Positions 39,940-40,158 of a stretch of DNA of 40,158 bases are shown here, in pieces (position 1 is the first letter of the stretch; every line of letters starts with the position of its first letter). The stretch is from Nemertoderma westbladi (lineage: Eukaryota > Animalia > Xenacoelomorpha). Below the pieces are notes generated by a model. The model ran no database searches. It had not been told where the DNA came from and saw only the letters and a program-made list of their open reading frames with translations. The stretch covers positions 1 through 40,158 of the forward strand of contig JAUCBJ010001764.1 in the NCBI GenBank assembly GCA_032718475.1, read 5' to 3'. The position numbers were made by a program, and so were the translations under genes.

Positions 39940-40158
39940 TTACATAACCGAGTACCTTTTATGATGGACGGCGGAACAACAATGGGGGGCACGCACTGAC
40001 ACGCGTGCGAGCGAGCAGCGCACACAAATAGAATGCCATAAAGTACATAAACGGTCGCAGCCCAGGATTATTTCCTCATAGAGGAAACGTTTCAAAGGGT
40101 TTTCCCAGCTGTCAACATTCAGTTTATTATTAAAGAGGGACCTGGGCAGACGCAAAGC
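39940..40158 (-). mobile_element. Possible 3' end of a CR1-like LINE ORF2, cut by the window edge
   Basis: LP..LKRFL..D..LWHSICVRCSLAR..CC resembles Cys-rich C-termini of invertebrate CR1-group elements; no catalytic motif in view. Confidence 0.4.

Overview
AT-rich eukaryotic genomic DNA, almost certainly an invertebrate animal, not prokaryotic. Three host genes lie on the minus strand: a copine (2 exons, 584 aa), a six-TM-class glycerophosphodiester phosphodiesterase (GDE2/GDPD5-like, intronless, about 540 aa), and a probable 2-exon Shisa-like single-pass protein with two tandem six-Cys domains (142 aa). The rest is mostly mobile-element remains and tandem arrays: RTE-, L2-, RTEX-like and CR1-like LINE fragments, a solo LTR, a 3.8-kb hAT-type insertion (TIRs, 8-bp TSD) carrying a LINE, a Helentron-type non-autonomous element with two CTCF-like motifs, and 6-, 17-, 20-, 30- and 46-bp tandem repeats. 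Best leads: TA-CAG-TA Tc1/mariner-type excision scars demonstrable at three independent sites, the nested hAT/LINE/RTE structure, the CTCF-like motif pair, and the spliced Shisa-like gene. All family and clade calls come from motif recognition by eye; no searches were run.
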